Origin: a virus
Lineage: Duplodnaviria; Caudoviricetes
Strand: one strand, 5' to 3'
DNA length: 33,957 bases
Virus record (IMG/VR): IMGVR_UViG_3300016467_000772
Location: 1 to 33,957 of that record
In this document: in pieces, positions 9,438-18,415 of the stretch
Layout of the letters: each line of letters opens with the position of its first letter
How positions within the stretch are numbered: the first letter of the stretch is position 1
Program-made: the position numbers and the translations under genes
Notes under the pieces: generated by a model
What the model saw: the letters and a program-made list of their open reading frames with translations, nothing else
The model's database searches: none
Told to the model about the DNA's origin: nothing

Positions 9438-10432
9438 TCGGGATTGCGCCCACCGCCCGGCTTCCGGGGCCGCCGCCGCCGGGCCGCTTGTTGCCCCGCA
9501 GGGCCGGTGACCAGCAGCGGCAGCTGCTCTGCTCTTTCGAGTGATCCCCACACCGGGCTCGCGGCCGCGCAAAGCTCAGCGCTCTGCCCCTCGGTCGACA
9601 TCCACCGCCGCAGCTTCTCGCGGGCCGACACATCGATCTGCCGCACCCGTTCGCGACTGATCCCGATCAGCCGGCTGACCGCAGCAAAGGTCATGCCCTG
9701 TAGGTACACCAGCCCGAGAATCTCCTGTTCGCGCTCGTTCAGGTGCGGAAGCAGCCTGCGCAGCACTTCAATGTCGAGACCGCGCTCAACGCGATCAAGC
9801 GCTTCATCGCTGTTCGGGCACGCAATCAGATCTACCAGCGGCTGCTCATGGTCTCGGACGGGCTTATCGATGCTGACCACAGCGCGGCTGAACACTCCCT
9901 GCCGCACCATGTCCAGCTGTGCGGGTGTCAGATCCAGATCAGAGCAGATCTGCGCGTCGCTGGGCTCGATGCCCTGGTGTCTGCAGCGCTCCAGGTAGGC
10001 GCTGACCAGCCTCATGCGGTCGTTGACGTGTGACGGGACACGGATCGTGAAGTTGAAGCTGGCGAGCGCCCTAGTGATCGACTGGCGCACCCACCAATAG
10101 CTGTAGGTGCTGAATGCGTAGCCGCGCTCTGGGTCGTACAGCTCGGCCGCCCGCGTCAGCCCGATCGCGCCCTCCTGAATCAAGTCCTCCAGCGGCAGCC
10201 CGAAACGGAGGTACTTCTTAGCGACGCTGACCACCAGCCTCATGTTGGCTTCCACCATGCGCTGTCGAGCCCGTGCGCCAGCACGTCGGATCGCTGCAGG
10301 AGCGGCATCGGGGCCGCCATCCCAGTCAAGCCACTGGCGAATCCTGCGGCCGTATTCCAGGTGCTCCTCATGGGTCGGCACCGCGAACCGGCCGAATGAT
10401 TCCAGCATCAGATCAACGGCACTCGTGGCCAT
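9413..10432 (-). CDS. RNA polymerase sigma-70 factor, RpoD/group-2-like
   Basis: Region 2 '[16 protein letters not shown]...[41 protein letters not shown]', region 4 'ISRERVRQI'; no region 1.1. Confidence 0.95.
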   Translation of the reverse strand: MATSAVDLMLESFGRFAVPTHEEHLEYGRRIRQWLDWDGGPDAAPAAIRRAGARARQRMVEANMRLVVSVAKKYLRFGLPLEDLIQEGAIGLTRAAELYDPERGYAFSTYSYWWVRQSITRALASFNFTIRVPSHVNDRMRLVSAYLERCRHQGIEPSDAQICSDLDLTPAQLDMVRQGVFSRAVVSIDKPVRDHEQPLVDLIACPNSDEALDRVERGLDIEVLRRLLPHLNEREQEILGLVYLQGMTFAAVSRLIGISRERVRQIDVSAREKLRRWMSTEGQSAELCAAASPVWGSLERAEQLPLLVTGPAGQQAARRRRPRKPGGGRNPDQLRLAEA

Positions 10433-10546
10433 GCGTTCACGCTCTAGGACGGACGCACTCTAAGCCGCTTGTTGTTCACGGCCATGGATGCCACTATTCA
10501 TGAATTGAGCACGCCGCCTACGGTAAGGGAGGCGCGGCACGGCACG

Positions 10547-12646
10547 ATGGCAACGGAAGAGCGGCAGGATGGCGTCCTCGCCAACGTGTTCACCGGCATG
10601 GGTGTTCCCGGCCGTGACCGCAACCTCGCCACCGTCGTCGCGCCGGCCGAGTTCCTCCAAGAGGGTGAGCTTGACAGTCTCTACCTCAACAGCTGGCTGT
10701 GCCGCCGCGTGGTTGATCTCTGGGCTTCAGAGGCAACGCGAATGGGCTGGGACATCAGCCTTGGCAAGGACACGAAGAAGGCCCGCTCACAGGCAGATCT
10801 GCTAGTAGCGGCGGGCGAAAAGCTGCGCCTGCGCAAGCAAGTCCGCAGGGCGGTCCAGATGGCCCGCCACCAGGGCGGCGCGGCCTTGATCATGCTGGTT
10901 GATGACGGCGGAAGCGATTTCTCACAGCCGATCAATTTCAAGCGGCTCAAGCGGATCAAGGGCCTTTACCCGCTGGATCGCTGGCGGATCTGGCCAGAGC
11001 CCGGATGGTCCGGCATCGGCACGCCAGCCGCGTATCAGTTCAACACCAACAGCGATGCCGACCTGGGCAAGCTGGGGCTTGAAGGAGCGCAGACCGTCAC
11101 GATTCACGGAAGCCGTGTGCTGCGCTTCGAGGGTGAAGAGGTGCCATGGCGCTACCGGTCCCATTTCAACTGGTGGGGCGCCTCTGTCCTGCAGTCGATC
11201 TGGGAGGTGTTCAAGCGATACGAGACCGGCCAGACCGCCGCTGCAAGCATCCTGCACGATTTCGATCAGTTCATCCACAAGATTCCCGGCCTGGGGCAGA
11301 TGATCGCAGCCGGCAATCAGGATGCGATCACACGCCGGCTTGAGGTGAACCAGATGGCGCGATCCGTCTACCGCGCCATGGTGCTCGATGTGAACGAAGA
11401 AGCCTCCTACCTCACCCGCTCGGCGGCGGGTGTGGGCGACGTGCTGGATCGGTTGGTTCAGGAGGTCACGGGCGCCTCCGGGATGCCGCATACCAAGCTC
11501 TGGGGAGAATCCCCGAGCGGCCTAGGTGCCACCGGCCGGAGTGAAGACCGCAACTTTGCAATGCAGATCCAGGAGTACCAGGAGGATGTTCTTGAGGATC
11601 CGCTCAGGCAGTTCTATGAAACCCTGATGCGCTGCAGCGACGGGCCTTTCAGTGGTGAACCACCTGACGACTGGCGCGTGCAGTTCCGTCCCACGTTCGT
11701 CATGACCGACGAAGAAACTGCCGCCCTGCGTCAGCAAGTGGCCGCAGCGGATGTGCAATACATCAACGCCGGTGTGCTCAAGCCAAATGAGGTGGCGCTG
11801 GCCCGCTTCGGCCGACCTGAGTTCAGCCTTGACACGACCCTGATTGATCGAGAGGAGGACGGCTCAGTCAAGGAGGAGGAGCAGGACATGAGCGCCGTCG
11901 AGTTTGGCGGTGATTTCGGCCAGGGCGACGGCGCTGCCGCCGAGGATGCTCCAGCGGAGGAAGGTGCCGCCGAGGATGCTCCAGCGGAGGAGAACGCCGA
12001 GCAGCCGCCCGCTGACGATCGGCAGACCGTGGATTCAGCGGATGGCGCCTGCTGTGAGTCCTGTGCGCAGGGGCACGAATGCGAATCCGACTGCGAAGGC
12101 GGTTCATGCGAAAAAGAGGACGAGGATGCCGGCGGTGAGCATGAGCATCCCGACGCCGTTGGCCAGGTGATGCACCGGTGGAAGCACGGCACCCTTCACA
12201 GCGGCACCGGCAAGAAGGGCGAGCATCGTGGTGAGGTGGACTACCCCGCCGGGCAGAAGCAGGCCATTGCCATTGCGCTCTCGATCGCCGGCAAGAGCAA
12301 GTCTCGCCGCCGCACCGGCCGCCGCCGCACCATCAGGGAGGATGCCTGGGAGCTGCCAGCTCGCATCAGCGTGGCTGGCGTGACGGTCGACGTGGGCGTC
12401 GATGGCATTGGCCCGCTGGTGGGGCCGTATGGCGCTCCGACGCCCCATCAGGCGATCGTCGGCCCTGATGCCACCGGGCTGTGGGAGGTGATGGATTCCA
12501 CCGGCGAGTGGTTTGCAGTGGTCGGTGTCGCTGATCAGGAAGCCCTGCAGACGGCGGCCGGACCCAACGCCACCATCCGCCGGCTGGACTCCGTTGATCT
12601 CGTGGCAATGGGTGTGCGCTGCGACGCCTACAGCGAGGAGGCCTGA
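10547..12646 (+). CDS. phage portal protein (DUF1073-type) with C-terminal extension
   Basis: 'RQDGVLANVFTGMG', 'LYLNSWLCRRVVD', 'TIHGSRVLRF', 'WWGASVLQ', 'ASGMPHTKLWGESPSGLGATG'; lies between terminase and MuF. Start 10547 or 10484. Confidence 0.9.
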   Translation: MATEERQDGVLANVFTGMGVPGRDRNLATVVAPAEFLQEGELDSLYLNSWLCRRVVDLWASEATRMGWDISLGKDTKKARSQADLLVAAGEKLRLRKQVRRAVQMARHQGGAALIMLVDDGGSDFSQPINFKRLKRIKGLYPLDRWRIWPEPGWSGIGTPAAYQFNTNSDADLGKLGLEGAQTVTIHGSRVLRFEGEEVPWRYRSHFNWWGASVLQSIWEVFKRYETGQTAAASILHDFDQFIHKIPGLGQMIAAGNQDAITRRLEVNQMARSVYRAMVLDVNEEASYLTRSAAGVGDVLDRLVQEVTGASGMPHTKLWGESPSGLGATGRSEDRNFAMQIQEYQEDVLEDPLRQFYETLMRCSDGPFSGEPPDDWRVQFRPTFVMTDEETAALRQQVAAADVQYINAGVLKPNEVALARFGRPEFSLDTTLIDREEDGSVKEEEQDMSAVEFGGDFGQGDGAAAEDAPAEEGAAEDAPAEENAEQPPADDRQTVDSADGACCESCAQGHECESDCEGGSCEKEDEDAGGEHEHPDAVGQVMHRWKHGTLHSGTGKKGEHRGEVDYPAGQKQAIAIALSIAGKSKSRRRTGRRRTIREDAWELPARISVAGVTVDVGVDGIGPLVGPYGAPTPHQAIVGPDATGLWEVMDSTGEWFAVVGVADQEALQTAAGPNATIRRLDSVDLVAMGVRCDAYSEEA
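11935..11991 (+). repeat. 30-nt-period coding repeat (AAEDAPAEE x2) in portal acidic linker
   Basis: tgccgccgaggatgctccagcggagga at 11935 and 11965. Confidence 0.85.
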
Positions 12647-12649
12647 GCA

Positions 12650-12772
12650 ATGGCTGGCCATGGCATTGAGCGCTGTCCCGGCTGGGGTGATGCCCCGGAG
12701 GGCTGGCTGGACGAGTGCCGCGATTGCCAGCACCTGCGCGAGCTGGCTCAACAGCAGGGGGCGCCAGCGTGA
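12650..12772 (+). CDS. hypothetical 40 aa Cys-containing protein (not in ORF track)
   Basis: MAGHGIERCPGWGDAPEGWLDECRDCQHLRELAQQQGAPA; fills the portal-MuF gap, GTGA overlap with MuF. Confidence 0.4.
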   Translation: MAGHGIERCPGWGDAPEGWLDECRDCQHLRELAQQQGAPA

Positions 12773-14139
12773 GTCAAGAGCGGCGCGAGCAGCTGGCGCA
12801 GCAACTGACAGAAGAGCTGCGAGGCCTTGAGGACCAGCAGATCGACCGGATCGGCCGGATCTGGTCGGCGGCCCTGAGCGAAACGGTCAAGAAGGTGATC
12901 GGCATCCTCGATGCCATCGAGGCGCAGCCCGATTACGACCCCAAGACCACCCCCGGCGCCTTCCTGGGCTCCACCCCGGATGGCCCAGTCCCCATCACGC
13001 CTCTGGAGAAGAACCAGGCAGCGCTCTACCTCGAAGGGCAGCTGGTGCAGGATCTGCGCCGTGTGCTCACTGAGCTGGCGCTCAGTCCACGGCAGGAGGC
13101 GCGGATGGAAGAGGAGCTGGCGACCCTGTTCAACCGGGCTCAGGATCTGGGCACCGAGTATGCGATCCAGTTCACCCGCGATGAACTGGAGCCGGCGATC
13201 AGGGCCGCCGGCTCCCCGCCCGGCCCTGATCCCGCCACGGAGCTATGGCCCGATCGCGAACGGGGCAAGTATCAGGAAGGCCAGCGCTTTACGCGACTGT
13301 TCGACATGGCCGGCTCCATCGCCGCGGCCGAGCGTGATTTCCGCAGCCTGGCAATGGAGTATCGGCGCCAGAGGGACATTGCCACAGATGCCCATGTGGC
13401 CGCCTCCAAGCACTACTACTTCAAGTGGTGGCGCCACTGGGGCGACACGGTGAGCTTTCTCACGGCCCGTCAGATGGCCGCTGGCACCGATCCGCGCAGC
13501 CTGAAGCGCGAGCTACAGAAGGCGATCCCTGGCATCAACCAGGCCTTTCGCAACCGCGCCGAAACGATCGCCCGCACTGAGACCCTGATGGCCTCAGGCG
13601 AAGCTCAGGAGCGCACTTACAGAAAGCTGCGCGTCGGGTTTGTGCAGTACCTCGCCACGGCTGATGATCGCACTTGTGAGTTTTGCGCCCCGCGGCATGG
13701 CTGCCTCTATTGGCTCGGCAGCGTCAAGACCCCGATTCACCCAAACTGCCGATGTGATCTGACACCAGTAACCTTCGAGTCGCTCGCTATAGAAAACAGC
13801 TTTGCCGAGGACGATGCAGAGAAGTGGGAGGCGCAAGCTCAGGCGCAAGCGCAGTCTGTTCAGCGTCATTTCGAGTCGGTCAATGGCGAAGGCGCCCAGA
13901 TGCGACCAATCGGCGGCGCCGGCCAGGCCCGCAGTGATCGCGACTACCCGTTGATGGAGCGATCGGGGCTGCCGCAGACCAGGCCGCGGCAAGGGTTGCC
14001 CAGTGACGACCCGCGGAATGCCGGCAGCAGGCCCTGGCCATCAGGCGAACCGGTGTGGTGCCCACGGCGCGGCTGGATCAACAGTGAAGCGCGGCAGATC
14101 TATGAATCAATCGTGAGGGAAGTTGAAGCCGGTGCCTAG
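12769..14139 (+). CDS. head morphogenesis / minor capsid protein (SPP1 gp7, Phage_Mu_F)
   Basis: 'RAETIARTET', 'YLATADDRTCEFCAPRHG', 'PIHPNCRC' MuF signature; follows portal. Start GTG 12769. Confidence 0.92.
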   Translation: MSQERREQLAQQLTEELRGLEDQQIDRIGRIWSAALSETVKKVIGILDAIEAQPDYDPKTTPGAFLGSTPDGPVPITPLEKNQAALYLEGQLVQDLRRVLTELALSPRQEARMEEELATLFNRAQDLGTEYAIQFTRDELEPAIRAAGSPPGPDPATELWPDRERGKYQEGQRFTRLFDMAGSIAAAERDFRSLAMEYRRQRDIATDAHVAASKHYYFKWWRHWGDTVSFLTARQMAAGTDPRSLKRELQKAIPGINQAFRNRAETIARTETLMASGEAQERTYRKLRVGFVQYLATADDRTCEFCAPRHGCLYWLGSVKTPIHPNCRCDLTPVTFESLAIENSFAEDDAEKWEAQAQAQAQSVQRHFESVNGEGAQMRPIGGAGQARSDRDYPLMERSGLPQTRPRQGLPSDDPRNAGSRPWPSGEPVWCPRRGWINSEARQIYESIVREVEAGA

Positions 14140-14186
14140 GTTGAACCAAGTGCCACGCGGCTGCGAGGCTGAACAGGTTTCCGCTG

Positions 14187-14486
14187 ATGCAGCTGCCCCG
14201 CCCGCCACGGATCACCGCTGTAGGCGGCTTGCTGGTGCTCACCGGCATCATCATGGTGTCCAGCGTGCTGCACACCCGCGAGAGTCTGCTGTTCTGCGAG
14301 CGGGCTCTGTTCGGCGAAATGGAGACGATCGCCAAGGAAGGCAAGGCGGACAAGCCGATCCGCTTCAACGAGGTGTGTCCCGACGTACGCGCCAGGGCAG
14401 AAACGGCCACAAACCGTCTGCTCGACATCACGCTCGCGTTGATGGTGCAGTTCACTGGGCACGGCGGCCCGCCGATGGAGCGTTAG
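14187..14486 (+). CDS. small membrane protein
   Basis: N-terminal hydrophobic helix 'ITAVGGLLVLTGIIMVSSVL', two Cys, hydrophobic C-terminus. Confidence 0.5.
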   Translation: MQLPRPPRITAVGGLLVLTGIIMVSSVLHTRESLLFCERALFGEMETIAKEGKADKPIRFNEVCPDVRARAETATNRLLDITLALMVQFTGHGGPPMER

Positions 14487-14638
14487 CGCTGCGCGGCCTG
14501 GCGCTGCTCCACGCTGACCTCCAGCAGATAGGCGCAGAGGCTGCTGAGGGAGCGCCCCTGCTGGTCCGCCATGGTCTGCAGCTGGTTGAACAGCTGATCG
14601 CTGACGGTGATGTTGATCCGCCGGGGCTTCCTGGTCAT
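14483..14638 (-). CDS. ribbon-helix-helix (CopG/Arc-like) DNA-binding protein
   Basis: 'RINITVSDQLFNQLQTMADQQGRSLSSLCAYLLE' RHH pattern. Confidence 0.8.
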   Translation of the reverse strand: MTRKPRRINITVSDQLFNQLQTMADQQGRSLSSLCAYLLEVSVEQRQAAQR

Positions 14639-14812
14639 GGCGCAAGGATGCGGCATCTTCAGCGGGAGCACTCACGGTCTGGCGCCTATCCTGCCGCGCC
14701 AATGAGTGAACGGTGAGGCAGTGCATCATTCCTCACTCACACGCGCTACACCCCGGCTGGGTCATCGGTCGCGGCTTCCGCCACCCTTGAGCGGTCCGTC
14801 ATTCACTCCACT

Positions 14813-15202
14813 GTGAAGACTGCTGCTTTTGCTGCCCTGGCCGCCCTGGCCCTCGGCGCCCCCGTGTTCGCCGGTGACTCCGGCACCCTGACCCGAACTC
14901 GCACCTACACCGAGAACGGCACCCGCGCTGTGTCCACCGTGGGCACTGTCGATTCCGCCAGCTACAGCCTCGATTCCGCCGCCAACGGTCTCGGCGCTTC
15001 TGCCGTATCGACCGGCAGCTACACCAACGGCGGCAATGTGATCACCAGTGGCACTGCCACCACGGCATCCACCGGCACCGCCGTGTCCGCCAGCTCCACC
15101 GTCTCTGCCCAGCAGATGATCGGTGCTGCCTTCAGCGACACCTACAACGCCACCACCGTCGATCTGGTGACCGAGACCCTCACCGGCGTCTTCGCCAACT
15201 GA
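14813..15202 (+). CDS. secreted Thr/Ser-rich beta-strand protein
   Basis: Signal peptide 'MKTAAFAALAALALGAPVFA'; alternating beta pattern; ends 'GVFAN'. Confidence 0.75.
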   Translation: MKTAAFAALAALALGAPVFAGDSGTLTRTRTYTENGTRAVSTVGTVDSASYSLDSAANGLGASAVSTGSYTNGGNVITSGTATTASTGTAVSASSTVSAQQMIGAAFSDTYNATTVDLVTETLTGVFAN

Positions 15203-15717
15203 TGATGCCCCGCCGCCTTCTTCTGATCCTGTCGAGCGCTGTGCTCGCACTGCCGGGCGCCGCATTGGCGCAGAGCAACGCATCCACGGATGTCAACAAC
15301 TCAGTCTCGCCAAGCTCGACTGTTAATCAGGTGACAGGCGGCGGGGTCAATCTCAACCAGCAGTACAACAACCAGTGGGACAACCAGAACGGTTTTGCCC
15401 CTGGCGTGTTCTGTCGCACGCCGACCTTCTATGTCGGCGGCGGCACCAACCAGGCCAATGTCTGGGGCGGCAGTCTTGGCACCTCAGCCAATGACACCAG
15501 CGTTCAGGCTGGCCTGCTGGTGCCGTTCGGTTCCAGCGTGCTGGCGGACTGCAAACGGCTGGCCAAGGCGCTCACCGATCGCGCTGAGATCAGCAACCAG
15601 GCCAGCCTGGCCAAGACCTGCCATGAGCTGAAGACCCTCGGCGTGACGATCGACCCGGCCCGCTTCCCGGCCCTGGCGGTCTGCCTGCCGGCTGACACCG
15701 CCAGCAAACCGCTGTGA
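15202..15717 (+). CDS. secreted protein with Asn/Gln-rich region and 4 Cys
   Basis: Signal peptide 'MPRRLLLILSSAVLALPGAALA'; coupled to upstream gene. Confidence 0.75.
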   Translation: MMPRRLLLILSSAVLALPGAALAQSNASTDVNNSVSPSSTVNQVTGGGVNLNQQYNNQWDNQNGFAPGVFCRTPTFYVGGGTNQANVWGGSLGTSANDTSVQAGLLVPFGSSVLADCKRLAKALTDRAEISNQASLAKTCHELKTLGVTIDPARFPALAVCLPADTASKPL

Positions 15718-15905
15718 CGATCGTTTGCCTGCCGGTGGCGCCGGCCAATCCGGTGGACCCGCTCTGTCTGCCGATCGAGCGGCCGGCCGCCGGCACCATC
15801 AACGACAACGCCTTCGACGGCGCCCAGGATCCGGTGCAGCAGGCGCCATCGCTGGCGGCGCCAGATGACAGCGCTGAGCCGCCGGTGCTGCCGGTCATCC
15901 GATGA
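15714..15905 (+). CDS. hypothetical protein
   Basis: 63 aa, GTGA-coupled. Confidence 0.4.
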   Translation: MTIVCLPVAPANPVDPLCLPIERPAAGTINDNAFDGAQDPVQQAPSLAAPDDSAEPPVLPVIR

Positions 15906-16164
15906 TCACGGTGGGTCGCCAGCCGCTGAACCACAGCCGCCGCGCCAGCGCAAACGCCTTCCGCCGATCCAGGCCCCACGCCTCAAGCTGATCCTGTGCA
16001 GCGCGGGCTAGTTCCTGACTGCCGATGCCCGTGTTCTCGTAGCGGCCGATCAGCTCGCAACAGAGCACGATTCCGGTATCGGTGCAGCTGCAGCCGGCAA
16101 GTGCCGCCAGGCGCTGCGCATCGGCGGCGTGCTGGTCGGGCGATGGTCTATCAGCAATGGCCAT
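15895..16164 (-). CDS. DUF3288-like protein
   Basis: 'PDQHAADAQRLAAL...ELIGRYENTG...QLEAWGLDRRKAFALARRLWFSGWRP' resembles the cyanobacterial DUF3288 pattern as I recall it; start ATG 16164. Confidence 0.5.
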   Translation of the reverse strand: MAIADRPSPDQHAADAQRLAALAGCSCTDTGIVLCCELIGRYENTGIGSQELARAAQDQLEAWGLDRRKAFALARRLWFSGWRPTVIIG

Positions 16165-16172
16165 CGCCGTCC

Positions 16173-16463
16173 CTATGCGCGTTGAAGAGCCGCCTGCGCA
16201 GTGGCCGCCCGCAGTCGAGCCCATCGCCAAGCCTCCGGCCGGTTCGCCCTGGCTACATCGTTGAGCGCGGCGCGGGCGATGGCCATCGGATCGCGGGGGC
16301 ACGCTCGATGGCGCTCCGCAAACGCATCAGCGACGACCACCAGGGCCTCGATCTCCATCGGAAGATTGATGGCTTCTTCTTCCCCGCAACGAGTGCAGCG
16401 CAAGCAGTCGGGCCGAGCAGCCTGCAAAACGCAATGGTCAACCACGAAGCTGGGCCTCCACAT
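16173..16463 (-). CDS. hypothetical protein with CxxC
   Basis: MWRPSFVVDHC...LRCTRCG...FAERHRAC, possible Zn finger; start uncertain. Confidence 0.45.
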   Translation of the reverse strand: MWRPSFVVDHCVLQAARPDCLRCTRCGEEEAINLPMEIEALVVVADAFAERHRACPRDPMAIARAALNDVARANRPEAWRWARLRAATAQAALQRA

Positions 16464-16674
16464 TGCGACCGGCAGGCAGCGCGGCCTGCAATAGAAAATG
16501 AGCCACGGCGTGGGCATCCATGACGCCCCGCCGGGCCTGATGCTCAAGAACCTCAAAGGCAAGGTGTTCAAGCACCCTGGCCATGCCGTCAGGAGAGGCC
16601 GGCTGCGTAGCGTCGCTGGCCATTTCGTAGGAGCGACAGCAGCTTTCGAGCAGAGAAGAGGGAAGGCTATTCAC
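16438..16674 (-). CDS. hypothetical protein
   Basis: 78 aa helical ORF in a minus-strand cluster. Confidence 0.45.
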   Translation of the reverse strand: MNSLPSSLLESCCRSYEMASDATQPASPDGMARVLEHLAFEVLEHQARRGVMDAHAVAHFLLQAALPAGRNVEAQLRG

Positions 16675-17003
16675 GGATCAGAGGTGGGGGCGCTGGGGTG
16701 TCGCGGCGGCACTGCTGGGAAGGGACTGAAGCGCCGTGGTGTCGCGCCAACAGGAGAAAACCACCAGCCCAGCAATCACCAGGGACTGACAGAACAGAAA
16801 GGCGACTTCCTGACGTGAGAACGCAGGCCGAAACTTGCTGGCCGACATGGCAGGCAGAGCAAAAAAAACCGCCGCCGGATGGCGACAGGCGCACCATACA
16901 GGAGCCTGGACAAAAGGGCCAGCATCCAGGGCTCTGACGGCTCTGGCCGCTGTGCTGGCTTCAGATCGCAGCCTCTACCATAAAGAAGATAGAACCGCTC
17001 CAG

Positions 17004-17360
17004 ATGGCGCCACAGACGAATCTCGGATTTGCGCTGCTCACGATGGGCCAGTGGTGTCGAAACCACGGCATCCACGAATGCCGAGCGGTGTTGAACCAGG
17101 CTGCATCGCTCGCTGCTGGCGCCGAGAGCGGCGAGCTATTGGCTCAGGCACTGGAAGAGGCTGGGATGGCGGTCGAGGTAGCCGCGGCGGACGCACCGGC
17201 TGCTCCTGAGGCCTGCCCAGCGCCCGAGGAGCAGCCCGAGGCCGCCGCCGCCCCTGAGGCCTGCCCGGCGCCCGAGGAGCAGCCCGAGGCCGCCGCCGCC
17301 CCTGAGGCCTGCCCGGCGCCCGAGGGAGCTGATTCCGCGCCGCGCAAAGGCAAGCGCTGA
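17004..17360 (+). CDS. hypothetical protein with PEACPAPEEQPEAAAA repeats
   Basis: 118 aa; acidic Pro/Ala repeat tail; first gene of the long plus-strand array. Confidence 0.6.
   Translation: MAPQTNLGFALLTMGQWCRNHGIHECRAVLNQAASLAAGAESGELLAQALEEAGMAVEVAAADAPAAPEACPAPEEQPEAAAAPEACPAPEEQPEAAAAPEACPAPEGADSAPRKGKR
17205..17325 (+). repeat. 48-nt coding tandem repeat, ~2.5 copies
   Basis: cctgaggcctgccc(a/g)gcgcccgagg... at 17205, 17253 and 17301. Confidence 0.9.
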
Positions 17361-17398
17361 CACAGCCCTCGATCGTCCACCCTGTCTGATTCCCGGCC

Positions 17399-18415
17399 AT
17401 GGCCAACCTGCAAGAGATCGCCCGCCTGGTGCGGGAGGAGCTGCTGACCCTGATTCAGCCTGTGCGGTTGATGACGGTCAATCCCGATCGCGGGACGGGT
17501 GAGGTGTCAGGCCGGTTTCGGTCCAATGGTGTTCTGTTCGACTACTCGATCGGCTCCGGCTCCGTGACCTATCGCCCCGTGGGCGCCGGAGGCGATCGAG
17601 CCGACAGCGCCGCCGGGATCCGCCGTGATGCCAATGGAGCGGCCCGCAAGTGTCAGACCGGCTACTCCTGCGGCAACAGCTGCATCCCCAAGGGGAAAAA
17701 GTGCCGCAAGCAACCGGGGGCCGCAGCCAAGGAGGTGCTGGCGATCGTCAAGGTCAGCGGCCCTGGCCAGGCCGCCGGGAAGGGCAAGGCCAAAGGTGCC
17801 GGCAAGGCTGCCCCCGCCGCCAAGGGTGCCGTGAAGGGGCCAAGCCTGAAGGAGGTCAAGGCGGCGATCGTCAAGGATTTCGGCGTCAAGAGCGTCCGAG
17901 CGCTGAAGGCGGACAAGACCTTTCAGATGGCCATGGCGGGTGAGGACAATCCACTGTCTAGCCATGAGGATTGGCTGAAGGTCTACCGGCGGTTCATCGG
18001 TGTTCCCAAGAATGAGCGGAATCAGCCCGATGGGCCAACCGTGATCAACGGGCTCGATGTGACCAAGCATTTCAGGCCATGGCACACGTTTGGCCTGGAT
18101 CCGAAAACGGCAACGGTCAGCGACATCAATCAGGCCTACCGGCGACTGATGAAAAAGCACCATCCCGACATGGGTGGTGATCCCCGCGTGGCTGAACGAC
18201 TCACGCAGATGCGCAAGTCCCTAATCGCGCTGCACCCCGAGACGGAGGCCAAGAGCAAGGGCCGCCGCGATTCCGCAGACCGCCGCCTGTGGACTCAGGC
18301 CCGATGGGACGGCTACCAGGAGGTCATGACGGCCGCGGCCAGATCTGATGCCTCCGGCGCCAAAAAAAAAATTGTGAACGTGGCTATGGATGCGGCTCGA
18401 CCTGTATTCAGCTGA
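17399..18415 (+). CDS. modular protein: N-terminal 'YRP' domain, Cys module, Ala/Lys linker, DnaJ J-domain
   Basis: CQTGYSCGNSCIPKGKKC at 17651-17704; J-domain 'FGLDPKTATVSDINQAYRRLMKKHHPDMGGD' (HPD 18161-18169). Confidence 0.85.
   Translation: MANLQEIARLVREELLTLIQPVRLMTVNPDRGTGEVSGRFRSNGVLFDYSIGSGSVTYRPVGAGGDRADSAAGIRRDANGAARKCQTGYSCGNSCIPKGKKCRKQPGAAAKEVLAIVKVSGPGQAAGKGKAKGAGKAAPAAKGAVKGPSLKEVKAAIVKDFGVKSVRALKADKTFQMAMAGEDNPLSSHEDWLKVYRRFIGVPKNERNQPDGPTVINGLDVTKHFRPWHTFGLDPKTATVSDINQAYRRLMKKHHPDMGGDPRVAERLTQMRKSLIALHPETEAKSKGRRDSADRRLWTQARWDGYQEVMTAAARSDASGAKKKIVNVAMDAARPVFS
18362..18371 (+). other. A10 homopolymer frameshift site joining the J-domain ORF to the zeta-toxin frame
   Basis: The -1 frame directly after the tract reads KNCERGYGCGSTCIQLTKDC (Cys module) and stays open to 19440; that frame has TGA at 18346-18348 and no start before 18556. 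Confidence 0.85.

Noticed and set aside
10547-12646. Anti-CBASS Acb1 label sometimes attached to DUF1073 proteins
   Set aside because: Position and motifs fit a portal; I saw no paired HxT 2H-phosphoesterase domain.
12769-14139. MuF fused to a C-terminal toxin
   Set aside because: The region after HPNCRC is short and has no recognisable catalytic motif.
16667-17075. Minus-strand ORFs 16667-16897 and 16776-17075
   Set aside because: They overlap each other and the 17004 gene; I could not decide which, if any, is real.
17651-17704. Cys module as the DnaJ zinc finger
   Set aside because: DnaJ uses CxxCxGxG repeats; the spacing differs and the module also occurs in proteins with no J-domain.
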